Source: Chiloscyllium plagiosum (Eukaryota). From it: a DNA stretch of 64,000 nt. The stretch is taken from assembly GCF_004010195.1 (NCBI RefSeq), contig NC_057730.1:8572574-8636573 (forward strand), given 5' to 3'. Made by a program: the position numbers and the translations under genes. Of this stretch, positions 12,729 through 26,703 are shown in pieces. The notes below the pieces were generated by a model that saw nothing but the letters and a program-made list of their open reading frames with translations, was not told the origin of the DNA and did no database searches. Each line of letters starts with the position of its first letter. Position 1 is the first letter of the stretch.

Positions 12729-14146
12729 GTGAGAATCGCCACTAAACTTCACTCAGTCCTGTAAGAAGAAAATCGAATGCTTAATTCCGTGCAGCCCTAT
12801 TTCATTATTTGAAAGGGGTTACTCTTCACCTTCTGTTCCAGCTACCCTAGAAAACAACAACACCAGAATAAGGCCATTCAGCCCAATACATTTGTGCTGG
12901 CTCTTTGAAAGAACAATTATGCTTTGTCCAATGTCGTGTTCTTTCTTTTCATATCCCAGTATGTTCCATGGTCCCAGTTTCCCTTAAAAGCTTATTTATG
13001 GAAATCTGAACTGGTTCTGAAGTAGGGTAACTGTACCCAGAACATTAATAATGCAATCCCTTTATAGATGCTGTCTGAACTGCTGAGTTTTTCTGATTTC
13101 GTTGTTGAAGATCATTACTGCTGAGTAAAGATATTGATGTCCTTCCGAGTGTGAATTTCTTAATAGTTTATCCAGCCCTGACTCTGACCAGGCAGTTACA
13201 CAATCAGTCCTATCATTGAACTGTCTAATCAGTTGGAGTAAAACAAAACTGTGTAGATTTTGGCTGCACCCTTTTTATAAAAGGAACTGAACTAATCGGT
13301 AATAGAAGAGTTAGAGGGTGAAAGGCTTCCCAGAAATGCTAGTCTAACTGAATTTGCCATCTTGTAACTAGTGGGTCTGGAATTTATACATGTAAATTCA
13401 TAAATGGTACTTGTTGCCAAGAATGAAGATGAGACTGTCCAAGGTTGCATCGTTTTGATGCTTCCAGCCTGAAGGCAAAATAGATTTTAATCCTATGGAG
13501 GATTGGAAATGAAATCCCAAAGATGAAAACCGTAATTGGCATCAGCCCTTACCACACTACTTTACAATAAACTTGTTGAAAGAATTAAGATTTATGAGTA
13601 ATGTCTTTTTAAAAAAATATATTTTTAGTTAAACCAGTCACCACTTCAAACTAAATGTAGTTGTTCCTGAGCTCATTTCCATTGAATGTAAGACTTTGCA
13701 GTATTTGGATGCTGTATGCAGCTGGTGGAGTAATACAGTCTGTTTATAATGCATCAAATAGCGTCATGTCATTGTCAGGCGAACTGGTCATAAACAGTTA
13801 CTGATCTTGGATGAACCAATTAAATCAGCCCTTGGTGAGGCAATATTCAAGTCAGTTGTGCTATTAAAGTCTGCAGCTTCAAGACAGTTCCACAGCAGTG
13901 CTCCAGTGTCAACAATGTAGTGATTATGGCTGTGTTGGCAGGCCACAGCACATCAGAGAGGATTCAATTTCACGACTTGTCTTGGTGAAATTTGAACTTG
14001 CAGAGGTGACTTTTGTAGACATTGTCAGTTTCTCGGTAACAAAATGAAAATTGTCACAACTTCTGTCATTTAGCATAAGGAATACTTTGGAAGGCAATAT
14101 GAAAAGTGTTGTTCAGTTCCAACTTGCCGCCTTCTTCTCATTTCAG

Positions 14147-14190
14147 GGCCTTTGCCACAACCACTGGCAAATGGATCGCCGCGAACACAG
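14147..14190 (+). CDS. NHERF2: NHERF2 small exon (linker after PDZ2)
   Basis: ctcatttcag|GG...CAG|gtgagt, 44 bp, phase fits the previous exon. (G)PLPQPLANGSPRTQ resembles the mammalian GPLPSPVTNGTSPAQ exon. Confidence 0.88.
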
Positions 14191-17100
14191 GTGAGTAATG
14201 ATTCAGCGATGGCTGATGCCAGAAGCAAATGTAATTCTAATTCTACGAGGTGCATATTGAAAGTTATGGATTAAGAATTCTTGTGGTTCTGTCGGTCTCA
14301 TTGCAAAGCCCAGAAGATACTCTTATGTAGGGATTGCATAGGATTAGGCCATTCAGCCTAATTAGACCATGCCAGCATTTATGCTTAAGCGCTCTTCAAT
14401 CTTATTGACATAACTGTTCTCATCTTCCTATAAATACATCTATGCTACTCGCTTTGAAAATAGCCTGTGGCAGTGTGTTCCAAATTCTCACCACACTCTG
14501 GGTAAGAGAGAAGATCTAGCAGGTCAATGATTACTATTTTTACATAATGTACAGTAATGTCAATAACTGTAGAACCAGACTATGTGAAAGTCAGTGATCT
14601 TGTCGTAATGTAAGTGGTTAGTAATATTAATAAGCTTCAAGGCATCTATCTCCCCAAGAAGTTAGTCTTTATGATAATATTTTGGGAGTTAACATATGGA
14701 GTAACACTCAGATCACATCATACAGGCTGTGAAATTTGATTCATGAATCCAAGACATTCTGACAGTAATTAGGCACCAAACATTAATGGTAACAGCTAGT
14801 ACCATAAAAGATGGTATTGGAAGTGGAAATTTGAAGCATTTCACCCCCCGTAACAATAATTCCTCATCCTCTATCTACATTCGGAGGTGAAGTTACACCC
14901 ATAACCAAGACTAAAGTGCTAAAACCTTCACTGAAGCTCACTACCTCTTCGGTGCAAAAAGAATAGTGAATACTGTCTTTTTTTAAAAGTTTGAATGGGA
15001 GGCGATAGTCAATCTATTTGTTTTAGAAAGGGAGTTTTGCAAGTGTTGATGGACAGCTCAAACAAAGCAATCCTAGAACAAAGCACAGAAAAAAACACCA
15101 ACAACGTTTTTCATATTAATAAGGTCTTGCCAGATGTTGGTCGATCACATGACCTTGGTTTTCAGAAACATGCAAAAATAAGGCGTGCATGACATAACCT
15201 TTTTCTATTTAGCACAAATGCTACAGGCATTTAAAACAACAACAACAAGAGAAAAGGGGAACCAACAATCAACTATGAAAAACAAGGAAAAAATGCAGTA
15301 ATTATTTTATGCTGGCATCTTGAAAGCATAAAATGGAAAGCAAATATCTGAGCGTGGATTAGCACCCTGATGATATTCTAGTTATTTATTGAAGGAATCA
15401 ATCTTTACTTCTTGGAACAATGAATAGCTGGTAAAGAAAGATAGGCAAAAACATCCCATCTTGCATTGGGAATAGAAAGATTTATAGGATTACCTCTTAT
15501 TTCAGAACTTCTAATGGTCACATAGATTCTGACAAAATTTTCCACATTTCCAACTTAAATTCGAGTCAACCACAGGATTTAGAGGATTGAGTTCATTCTT
15601 CATTGACAACAGCTAGGTAAATCTGTTTGTAGACTGGTATTAACATATAGGTATGGAATGTGATTTTACTAAAATAGCTAGTCTGAGAATCATATGGAAG
15701 TGGTCATTGCTTTTACACTCATCAAATGCCCCAATTTTCTAAGAAAACCCGAAGTGCAACACGTGAAGGGGTGTCAACCAAGGAACAATGTCAACGATGT
15801 TTCCAAAATTCCATCCGTTGCATGCGATTACTTCAAGAACGATCGGCAATGACACAGTGTACAAACCCCAGTCAGTACAGGGGGCACTGTATGCGTCTGT
15901 CCCATTAAATTCCTGTCATAATGTTTGTTCTCCTACCCTCCTCTTGCCAGTGTTCTATTGTTCACTAATTGAATATCCATCAATTCTTAATTTTAACGAT
16001 TAATTATAGTCCAGACAATTATTGATTTGTACAAAAAAGAAGTTTGTAAATTTCTAATCCTTGTTAATATTTATCACCTTATAGGTGTTTGCCTCAGGCA
16101 AGAGAAACAATGTCCTATCTAGTCACACTGATGAGAAGATGGGTGTTTTAGTTCTACAGGGTATGCTTCTTTGTAAGGTCAGAACGGTCTCTACTACAGG
16201 AGTCCTCAGTCACTGATAGTATGCTGATATCTCAATTAAGTCCCGTCTGTAGTAATTAGAGCTACATACTCCAAACTCCTTGGGACATTTTACCACATTG
16301 TAGGTACTATATAACTACAAGATTTTTGATACCTTGATGCTGTAAATATTTTCAACCATGTTATTTCCTGTAAATATATTTTAATAACTTTTAACCTGCC
16401 AACTAATTGGAACATGTGGATCACATTGCAGTTTTGTTATATTAAGTGTCACTGATTCTGTTAGGTGACACCGGTGACATTGTAAATAGCTACACAGATT
16501 ATATTTTACTCTATACCAAAATTATCCAACGGTTTAGATTTTGTGAAATGTGGCATATTCAGTTTTGCACTGAAAGACATTTAGTGACGTGAAACTTGCA
16601 CAAATAATGAATATTGTCAGACTCCAACTCAGAGCAACGTAATTGTGACTGCTCTTCTTCAGCAATGCAAGTTTGCAGAAAGCTTATCATTTGAGTGGAT
16701 TTTGAGTGAGGAGAGCAAGTATCAAATGTGCATGCAGTGCACTAGCAGGGGCTAACAGATCAGGAAGTGCCTTGTTTGAAGATGAGACACTGAGGTAAAC
16801 TCTGACACAGCCTGCCAACAGCACCATCAATTTTTCTATGCTAATTGATCTAATTCAAAACAAATTCATTTCATGTGGCAAGCAGAGACAGAATATTGCC
16901 CTGTGAAAGGATTTTAGTTTTGCAGAAGGACAGGAGTTGCACTCTGCACTGCAATTAGTTGCATTAGACTATCCGCAGCCTCTGAGCATGCATAAATAAC
17001 TGATGCAGGTCACCAGCAATGGCACATGTATTGCATTAGGAACTTGCAAAGTATATCAGTTACAGATCATATCATTGGTTTAAAGTTTAATCCTGTTGCA

Positions 17101-18216
17101 CAGAATGTTCTGATTTGATTTAATCTCTTCCTTCAAAGATTAATGGAGAATCCCCTTACTATAATGAGTTAAAATATACAGGTTTTGACGTTATTTTCTT
17201 GATTTAGCAGTTAGTTGAAAGGAATTATTTTGAACTTTCCAGCACGGTGAGATACAGTGATGGCATATATTTCCTGAAACAAGACTATAATTAAAAGCCC
17301 AGTTCCCTGCAAATTAGAGTGAACTTAATTGCAGACTTGGTATTCTTCAGCTCTTTGAGGGTGTTTCATATTGTATAAAGAACAGTGATTATTTCTAAGA
17401 GTATCTTGCATTTTCTTCACGTGACTGCATCAAAAGGTCTAATCAGATGGTTAAGTGAAATTTGTTTAGTTAAATTATAGGAATTATGATCTAAGAAGAC
17501 ATTAATAATATGAATTGGATTGCAGAAACATCCAACTTAAAAACATAATGCTCTTGTGATATGAATACAGTTGGAGCAATGCCCTAGTTAAAGTTGTTTT
17601 GGAGAATTTTGCTTCTATGAATAGCATCACAATTATTAATCTGTATCATTGAACATTGTAAAACCCTAATCTGAAAGTAAGTTAATCAACTTTTATTATT
17701 CAGCCAAGTATGATATAGACCAGTTTGTATGCTGAAAATTGTAACTACTGTTTTGCTATTTATACTATAGATAAGATTTCCTCAACACCTCTTTGTCTCA
17801 CCCGATCAATGTATCCTAATTCTCATTCTTCTAACCCCTTGAATATATCTATGCTACACGTTTTCTGTGGTAATAAGTTCTGCATTCAAATAGATGTTCA
17901 AGGAAAATATATCACCTGAATTTCCAATTGGATTTATTATGAGCAACACCTGATTTTGGGAACTCTGCAAGCTGGGGACCCTGTTAGAGTGGATGTGTCA
18001 TTTACACCCAGCCAATGGATCCCCAATGTGGTTGTAATAGCCTCCTATTGGGCTTGCATCCCACAACCCCAAGTTCCTGCTTTCCACCTTTCACGTGCAC
18101 TCTTTATCCCTGCCCCCTTACCCACTCATGCCCACTACCTTTCCTTTCCCAATCACTTGAGCCAGTGATCTTTCTCTTGTGTATTTACTTATTCTTCCCT
18201 TTTCAAACCCATGCAG

Positions 18217-18375
18217 GTGAAAGAAGAGCTGGAGAATGACCCGTTTGTAGAGAGTGGATTGAATCTAAGTCCTACAGCAGCTGAAACCAGAGAGAAAGTG
18301 CAGGCTAAACGTAAGAACAAGAGGGCACCTCCAATGGACTGGAACAAGAAGCATGAAATTTTCAGCAACTTTTAA
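18217..18375 (+). CDS. NHERF2: NHERF2 last coding exon, ERM-binding C-terminal domain
   Basis: Polypyrimidine tract then catgcag|[55 protein letters not shown]. The FSNF terminus (NHERF1 ends FSNL) and position next to NTHL1/TSC2 indicate NHERF2. Confidence 0.95.
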   Translation: MKEELENDPFVESGLNLSPTAAETREKVQAKRKNKRAPPMDWNKKHEIFSNF

Positions 18376-20069
18376 ACTGGATGGATTGTCCTATTGAACA
18401 TTTCTGTACCCCTGACCTTCAAGCAGACTTAACATCATTCAACTTATTTTTTTTGCCCCTCTGTATCAGTTTGCTGGCCTGGTAGAAAAAAATGCCTGTT
18501 AATATGATCATTAAAAGACTGTGACCAAAACCTATTTATGCCAGCTGCTTATTTGCTTTGTGCTTGAGGTATATCTTGCATAAGATTTGTTGTAGCGCAG
18601 TTTTAATCATGCTAAATGACTGTTTTTCCATCAGGTTTGTTTTTTTTTGCTTAATTTTTTTTACAAGGGCTGGGTTCTGGTTATTGCAATTAGCCTTCAT
18701 TACAGGACAGAATAACTGGATTATTAGTCTTACTTTCTGAAGTAGAATGTCTTTTGTGACAGTTCAAGTATGATTTTATTTGTCTCGCCTAATAGCCTCC
18801 AGTCTGCCAATCCTTACACTCGAGCAACATGCTGGCCTTTCTGTTAAGTGTTTATAGAGCTGCCTGGTTAAGTGTCTTTGTTTACCTGGTCCTGTTTTTT
18901 AACACTGTGACAGGTTATAGTTTCACCAGATGGTGCTTGAAATGCAGTCTTTATTAGTTTTAAAGGAATTTACAAATCGTGAGGCAGGTAAGAGGGGGAG
19001 GCATGCGGCGTATTATATTCCTGAGCATTAAAGCCTTGATGTAATACACTAGATAGAGGAACCATTTACTGCACATAAGAAATGTCTCAACTCTTATTTT
19101 GTATACTAACTGCTGTTTTAGGCAGCATTGAAAATATTTTTTACATATTTTCCCCTGCAACATTTTCAGTCGATTTATAGTGATTGTAATCAGTCACTAA
19201 GCGAACTGAGTTATTTCAAGCAATGACAATTGAGTGCTAATAATAGCGATTAAACATTGTCTTAGCACGCACTAAAATATCATTGGATGGAGTTGGGGAG
19301 AGCGAGGTGCATTTAATACCATCACTAGTTGTCTATTAATAAGCACATGCCTCACAATAGGTTTTAGATTGATTTTTGTTCAGAAGTAAGATTCATTTGT
19401 GGGTTTTATCAACAAAATACAATGGTTGGAATTAACCAAACTAACTTGAAGTATTCATGTTGATCCCTGATTGAATACAGTAATAAAATCTATTTGAAAC
19501 ATGTATTCTAAGGATTCCTGCAGGTCGGTGCTCTAATGAGGTGAAAGTAGTTGAACGAATTGGTTTGAGATTGTCAAAAATGTATTTGCTGCATTGACTG
19601 AGAATTGCAAAGGGTGGGAGGTCAATACATTTTGGTGTTTTAGATTCTGGCCAGCTCTTCCTGTTTAGACTGCATTTTCCACTACGTTACCTTTTAAATG
19701 TTTTCTGAGAATAGAATAATTCACTTTGTGTGCCTGTGTGCTCTAGTTGCAAGCGAGACCCCCTTCTGCAGCTGGCTGCAATTCTTGGATAATTTTTTGT
19801 TGTTGCAATGCTCAGCTTTTAACTTTGGACTCTTGTGACACACCATGGCTGTCTATTTCCAACCTTGTATATTTTAATGACTCTTACTCACAAGGCCAAA
19901 ATCTAGGTGCCACATTTTGAATAGCTTCTACATATTCAAGATATAAAATAATGACAAACATTGCATAACACTGCTAATGGAGGAGTCTGTAACACTGTTT
20001 GGGATTTGCATGGATCTTGTAACTTTTTAGACTGAAACAACCACAAACATTCAACATATCTTTGTATAA

Positions 20070-20470
20070 AACCTGAAAATGTTGGAAAACTCAGCAACTC
20101 AGGAAGCATCTTTGGAGGGACAAAGCAGTGTTAATAATTCAGAAATACAAACATAGCCTTGGACAAACTAAACAAGATCAGCAGCAGCTGTGGAAAGAGA
20201 AACTGTTAAATTGGACTTGAAGCATCAAGTTTGTTTCTGTCCACGGATGCTGCCACACCTGCTGAGTTACTCCAGCACTTTATTTTTATTTCAGAATATC
20301 CAGCAACTGTAATATTTTGCATTTATTTTAGGGTTAATAGTTCAAGTTGATTACTATCACCATTAAAATCTTATAGTGGATCATTTGACCTGAAATATTT
20401 AATGCTCTGTATTTCTCTCTATAGATGCTAACTGATCATTTTTTTTGTTTCCGATTTCCAGCGTTCACAG
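20070..20470. mobile_element. Nested degenerate PLE-terminus fragments in both orientations
   Basis: aactcagca...gcatct..ggag and the complementary ctct..agatgctgcc..acctgctgagtt blocks each occur twice. Confidence 0.55.
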
Positions 20471-20852
20471 GATTTTTATTTTTATTTTATTTCAGTTTAA
20501 AATATTAGAAACAAAATGAGCTGGAAAAAGTGAAATGCTGATTAGGAAAATTAGATGGTTTGTGGACTGTCGTCAGCCTTGAGAGGTGGAAAGTATTAAT
20601 CGGCATGAAAACCATCTGTTATAGGAACTGAATAATCTTTGCTTTCTAGCTGAATACATTTCAGTCAATAATGCAAGATAAATGGCTACTTGAAGGAAAG
20701 CATGTAAACATTTATATAATCAGGCAGATTTCTGATACCAGTGATTTGTGCGGTCATTATGTCTTATACGTCTGGAAATCTAGTTTGAAAACCTCATAAG
20801 CACATTTCAGTAACTTGTATAATATGGTCTTCTGTGTATACTGTATATTGTC

Positions 20853-20858
20853 AATAAA
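20853..20858 (+). terminator. Candidate NHERF2 polyadenylation signal AATAAA (alternative at 19482-19487)
   Basis: AATAAA preceded by several TGTA elements (ttgtataat...tgtgtatactgtatattgtc-aataaa). No transcript evidence. Confidence 0.45.
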
Positions 20859-22204
20859 TGTATCTCAGCATGACAAACTGGCTGCTTTCAGTTCATTCAG
20901 TTGGAGTTTGGATAGCATTGCAATGCACATGCCTTTTAATTGTCTACAAATTGATGCCATCCATATCAGACTTTTCATTGATGTAGTGCCTGTAATGAAT
21001 TAAAACTTTCCCAGGCATTTCACAGATGTGACTAACTGATGGAATCCTTCTCTGAACCCCAAGAGGAGACATTGGAATGGGTGAGCTTTGGAGATGGTCC
21101 AATAGATAGGTTTTAGGAAGTACTTTGAAAGAAGAAGGCATTTTAGAGAGGTGGAGCTTGGGGGGTGGGGGGAGAGGCAGCTGAAGACTGGCCCATCAAT
21201 AATGGATTAATGTAGGAATCTGTGAGCAGCCAGAATTGGACAGGGCACAACGACCTGAAGGTGGGGGTCTGAGGAAAATTGGAGATTGGTTGGGTTCAGA
21301 TCATGCTGACTTTTCATTAGTGCTTTTATTACACTTCCTTTAACAGCCCGGCAAGAATGAAGGTCTTGAATGGGGTCTGAGTTGGGTGAATGAGTTAGAA
21401 AATCTTGTTCCTTAAAAGGAAACAGTTACTTCTGTGGTCTCAGCCTGATACTTGCAAGAATTTTCCAGTCTGTTCATTGATGGAAAATGTCATTTCAGCG
21501 TTTCCTTTATAAATATTACTGGAGTGAAGAGAATCAGTTCTCCATCCTGCATCTGCCTGAAGCATCTGTTACTTTTCTTCAACCCACTGGCCCTCCTTTC
21601 TTGATAACCGGCACTCCAAACCATTACCATTTTGGTATTTTCTGCTGCAATATTATTGCAAAGTAATTCCCCTAGTCAGATGCAGATGGGATATTTATTT
21701 CCATTTAATATTACAGCACAGAAAGAAACCATTCAGCCCATTGCGTCTGTGACAGCTCTTTGCAGTTAGTCCTACTCCTTTTCATGTAGCTTTGCCAATA
21801 TTCCTTCATTCTTAATTCACACATTGTGTGCTGCAATTGTTCTGTGATTATAATTTCAAACAATGCTAAACAAAACTCCTAGAAATCCACTTTAGGGAAA
21901 ATACTCAATTGTTAAATGGCAACTTTGATTTTTTTTGTATCCAACCATGTCAAAGCATCCTAGATACAGAGCTGTATTGGCACTCTGGTAATATTTAGGT
22001 TGGCAATCACCCACCAGTACGGCCAAGATCTCTCCCATGTTATGGTTCAGGAATGTTGGGGGTTTGCCAGTTTGTGGCTGGTTTACAGAAGACTTTGTTG
22101 GAGTACAATTAAGAATTTTTTTTTGCAATCTTTTGCTTTGGGATTACACTCTCACCCCCCCCCCCCCCCCCCCCTCCCAAAAAACCCATCGTTCTGTTTT
22201 CCTC

Positions 22205-22340
22205 TTGGCATCTGGATGGGTATATGAATGGGAGGTGTTTAGAGGGATATCTGCCAAATGCTGGCAAATGGGACTACATTAATTTAGAATATCTGGTTGG
22301 CATGGGCGAGTTGGACCAAAGGGTCTGTTTCTGCTGTACT
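22205..22340 (+). mobile_element. CR1 LINE extreme 3' fragment
   Basis: ggcatctggatgggtatatgaat...gggtctgtttctgctgtac. Confidence 0.75.
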
Positions 22341-24564
22341 TTTCCCAGGCACTCTGCAGTGCCATTGTGTGTAAAAACAGTTGAAATCATATTCTCTGGG
22401 CACAGGGTCATCCTTGTACTGATTAATCCAAACACTTAGTCTATCCTGTGGAAGAGTCATACTGGGTTGAATGTTAAAGCGCTTTGTTTTCTCAGATGTT
22501 ACTAGGTGTACAGTATTTCTCCAGCACTTTGTTTTGAAAGTTAGCTTTTTAAAAAAAAAAGTGGGGAAGGCAAGGTCAAAATACAGATGGAAGATTTTGT
22601 TTTGAATTTGAGGCAAATTTTATCTGCTCTGTTTGAACAAGATTTTGAAAGGAATGGATTCTTAAATTGTTAGCAAAAATCCAAACAGGAAGAAGAAATT
22701 CTTTTGTCAGATCTGATCTCTGAAATCTAGGGGATGAGCAAATAACAGTGATTGGCAGATTCAGCCTCAATTACAGTAATTCTAATCAACTGTGTTTACA
22801 TTTCCCCTTCATGAGCTTTTGAGCATGTCTGTGTGAGGACGAGCAGTCACAAAACATGTAATGACCTGGAAATGCGTCAGCTTGGAATTTTGTGCACGCT
22901 TTTTCCCCCAAGGATGCAGGTTTGAATAACTAAGTATAAAAGAAAATCATACTCCAAGTCTTTATGTAAGAGATTATTCTGTGTATTGTATTATATGTAG
23001 TGTAATCTAGTTCTCCTTGCAACGTCCAGTTTTTATTTTGGTGATATAATTGTGTCATCACAATGTTTTTAAGCCCTGTTGCTTCAAATGAAGCCCCACT
23101 GCATGGATTCTTACATGTTGTAGAATTTAAACCAAAACTTAGTCCCCTGTTGGTTCTGGCACTGTGGTTGTGAACTGAGGGGTTATAATTCTCAGGAAGC
23201 ACTGATCAGGCTGCAACTCTTTCCTCTCGCAGTGAACTAACAGGTCTTTTAGCCAAAGTTCATCAAGCAAAACCCCCTCGTAAGAGAAGATATTGATATA
23301 TGCAATGGAAGGGACCATGAGATTTGGTTATAATATGGAACGTGCTATCACAGTAGTTGAGGTGTACAGGAGAGAGATCTTTGAGGGGAAGCTAACCAAA
23401 TACAACTACTTGACTTATGTAGCTTCTTGTCCCTCATTCTGTTTTATGATTTGATGTTCACTGTGCTTTGCCTTTACACTACTTCTCAGCTACACTTTAA
23501 ATGGTGGCAAGTCAAATCAAAGAATTATTAGAATCCAGAAGGTCACAGGGAGAAAACGCTAATCATTTGCAACTAGGGCAGGCCATGGTGAACCTGTTTT
23601 AAAAATAAACTTGCTGAATTCAACTGTGTAAAGCAAGAAAATAGCAAAATTGAACCCATTCATAAAAGTCAGACCATAAAATCTTAGACTTTTTGGAAAA
23701 AAACAACTTATGACCATTCATGCTCATTGTACGCAACAGTTTTATTTCCATGCAAATAGTGGAATTTGTGTTTACATTGTACGTTCTAGTTGAGTTTAAA
23801 TAACATAGTAACAAAGCTTTCCCTCTCGGCATCCATAGCTCAGGGGAAGAGCTAAGTTACTGAACAGTATTGCCAACTGCATACATCCCATATCTCAGTA
23901 TTTGGGCTTGCAGGTACTTTCCTCACATCATCTGCTGTTTATTTTCCTGAACATACCTTGCAAGGCATGTGTTCAACAGGCTGAATAATCTTGCCTGTTC
24001 CGTTTTAGATATCCCAGCAAGCTTTGGCACATAAGCCACACTCCAATTTGGGTGCACCCTTAGATTGTTTTTGTTTTTCCTGATAACTTCTATATATTTA
24101 AAACAGTTTTCCCAAATACGTCAAATCTGTAAAATAAGAAGTTCTGTATTCGCCCATGAGACAGTTAAACTGCATGAAGAGAGACGAGTTCGTTATTTTA
24201 ACTTCTCTCAATACCCATAATACACTCTGGCTGTACATACTGCTGCTGATCATAAAAGACGCAAAATAAAGAAGGTAATATGCTACAAGTACAAAATCAG
24301 AATTATTGTATAAATGTAAAAAAATTCTGTAGAGTTGACAATGAGTTGCCCTAAAATTTCCACAGCATTTACCTCACACTGTTATACTAGAATTTTCTGA
24401 TGTTAATGTGTTTGAATTCTATGGTACTAAGGTTGGTTTTCACAAATCTGCACTGGATTAAACATAACTAGTGCCAGACTATACACAATTCAACCAGTTA
24501 TCAAAGCATAGCCTAGACATCTGTGCTGGTGATATTAGTGAAAGCACATTTTATATGTTTGAGA

Positions 24565-24853
24565 TTTGATTCGATTCCCTACAGTGTTGAAACAGGCCCT
24601 TTGGCCAAACCAGTCCACACTGACCCTCTGAAGAGTAACCCACCCAGACCCATTTCTCGCTGACTAATGCACCTAACACTATGGGCAATTTAGCATGACC
24701 AATTCACCTAACCTGCACATCTTTGGACTGTGGGAGGAAACGCAGACACGGGGAGAATGTGCAAGCGCCACACAGTCGCTTGAAGCTGGAATCGAACCTG
24801 GGACTCTAGTGCTATGAGGCAGCAGTGCTAACCACTGAGCCACCGTGACGCCC
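24565..24853 (-). mobile_element. HE1-type tRNA-derived SINE
   Basis: Reverse reads gggcgtcacggtggctcagtggttagcactgctgcctca...ggttcgattcc (A and B boxes), then the body and a CR1-like tail. Confidence 0.85.
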
Positions 24854-25758
24854 TGATGTTCCAGTCTTACATTTTAATGAATAAATTAATTATTGTGTGT
24901 TGAAATAACAAGCAAAGGAATTAAGAGGATGGGCAGTGGAACCATTACTTTGTCATAACCTTTGGCATTATAAATTGATTTGTTTCCTTGCAGCTTCCAA
25001 ACTTTCTATAACTCAGTGCTGTGTCTAGTTCACTTCTGGCCATTGGTCTTGCTGTACTTGTCTGCTGTAAGGAACAAGTCTTTGATGTTACTTTACAGTG
25101 TGGCAACTGGTAAGATCACAGGGCGGAAAGGAAAGTAAAGAAATTGCAGGGCTTGGCTAGTGCTAAATGGAAAAGGGTACAGTGAGAGAGTATTGAAATC
25201 CCAAAGTCATTATTATGCAGAGTGAAGCATCTCCGTCACCTGTATCAGACATACTCAGTCGATTAGGCAGCATTTGTGGAGGCAGAAAAAACAGGATTGA
25301 CATCCCAGGCTGACGGCCCTTCATTTAAAACTAATGAAACATTCTCTATTTGATGTCTGTTCTGTTTCTCTGTTAACCGTTGCTATCTAATTTAAAGTTG
25401 AGTATTTCCACGACTGTTCTGCTTTTATTTAGACTTGTATCTGGCATCTGTTGTATGAAATATTTATCCACCCATCCACTTGCATTAAGGCCATTCAAAA
25501 TAAAACAGTCCTATCAACTTTCAGATATAAATGCTTCTAACTTCCAATGAAATGAAATGAAACTGTAAAGTAATCTTAACCCATAAATAGGCTGATTAGA
25601 GTAGGACAGATGAGAGAATAAATGTCCTATTTTCCTGGTCTAGGGGATTTGGTGGGGTGGGGTGGGGAGGGGGGGGGGAGGCAATATAACGAAAATTCTT
25701 TGTTTTAAAAAAAGCATTCACCAAAAATAGATATGCCAAACAAGAGTACTACCACACT

Positions 25759-25764
25759 TTTATT
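25759..25764 (-). terminator. Candidate NTHL1 polyadenylation signal
   Basis: TTTATT on + (AATAAA on -) about 750 bp past the NTHL1 stop codon. Confidence 0.35.
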
Positions 25765-25949
25765 TACTTGCACAAAATGAACTCCAAACCACAGGTTAAT
25801 AAGGGATGCTAAGTAATCATTTAAGTTCTATTTTCAAAGCATTGGTTGGCAAGCTCAAGGAAAATTATTGCCCACACTGGTTCATGCTGTTTATCCAATG
25901 AAGCATGGAGGATATTAGAATTTAAAGCAAGTACCTTAACCAGCAGGCT

Positions 25950-26175
25950 AGAATCACAGAATCCCTACAGTGTGAGAGCAGGCCTTTTCGTCCATTGAGT
26001 CCACACCAACCCCATTAAGAACACCCCACCCAGACCCTGCATTTCCCATGGAAACCAACTTATCCATGCACATCTTTGGACTGTGGGAGGAAACTCATGC
26101 AGACAGCCGTCCAAGGGTGGACTCAAGCCTGGGTTCCTGGCGCTGTGAGGCAGCAGTACTAGCCACAGCACCCCC
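25950..26175 (-). mobile_element. HE1-type SINE, probably within the NTHL1 3' UTR
   Basis: Homologous to 24565-24853. Confidence 0.75.
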
Positions 26176-26516
26176 TGCTGTAGTGCTCAGTGGAATTTCA
26201 ATCATTTTGCTTACTAGTGATGCATCTGAATACCATGTAAAACTGCACATTCGTACAGGAGACTTGCCTGGCTTTCTAAGTATGTGGCACTTGCCACCAG
26301 GCTGCAATACTCAGTCCTGCTACTGATGCATCTTTACAAACTGCATGGTGTTCTCACTGGGAACATCATTATTCAGTTGAGTTCAATACTCCACTAGCAA
26401 CTGGAATTCACTGACAAGATCACAAACAGTTCTGTTTTAGTTAAGTTTGGGACAAACATCTCCCCAACCTTTGAATAATTTATACCGCGATCTAACATCT
26501 AAACACAAGGATTTAA

Positions 26517-26703
26517 TTATTGTTGCTGTTGGCAAGGCTGAAGCGGAGAGCTGGGAGGAAGCCTGGGATTTGTTTTCCGAAGATTGTTCTTGGCTGTGGG
26601 ACAGATATCTCTGTTGAGACATACAGTACAGCGAGGATTCACTGGCAGGCACATCTGCTGACCAAAGCCCACCAGCAGCCAATTGGTCTCGCTCCAGAGC
26701 TCC
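26517..26703 (-). CDS. NTHL1: NTHL1 last coding exon, 4Fe-4S cluster motif
   Basis: ttctctttcag|G GAG. (R)[63 protein letters not shown]6-C-X2-C-X5-C is intact. Confidence 0.95.

Noticed and set aside
16740-16800. GAC ACT GAG|gtaaac resembling the DTE end of the missing NHERF2 exon
   Set aside because: An in-frame TGA lies immediately upstream and there is no suitable acceptor.
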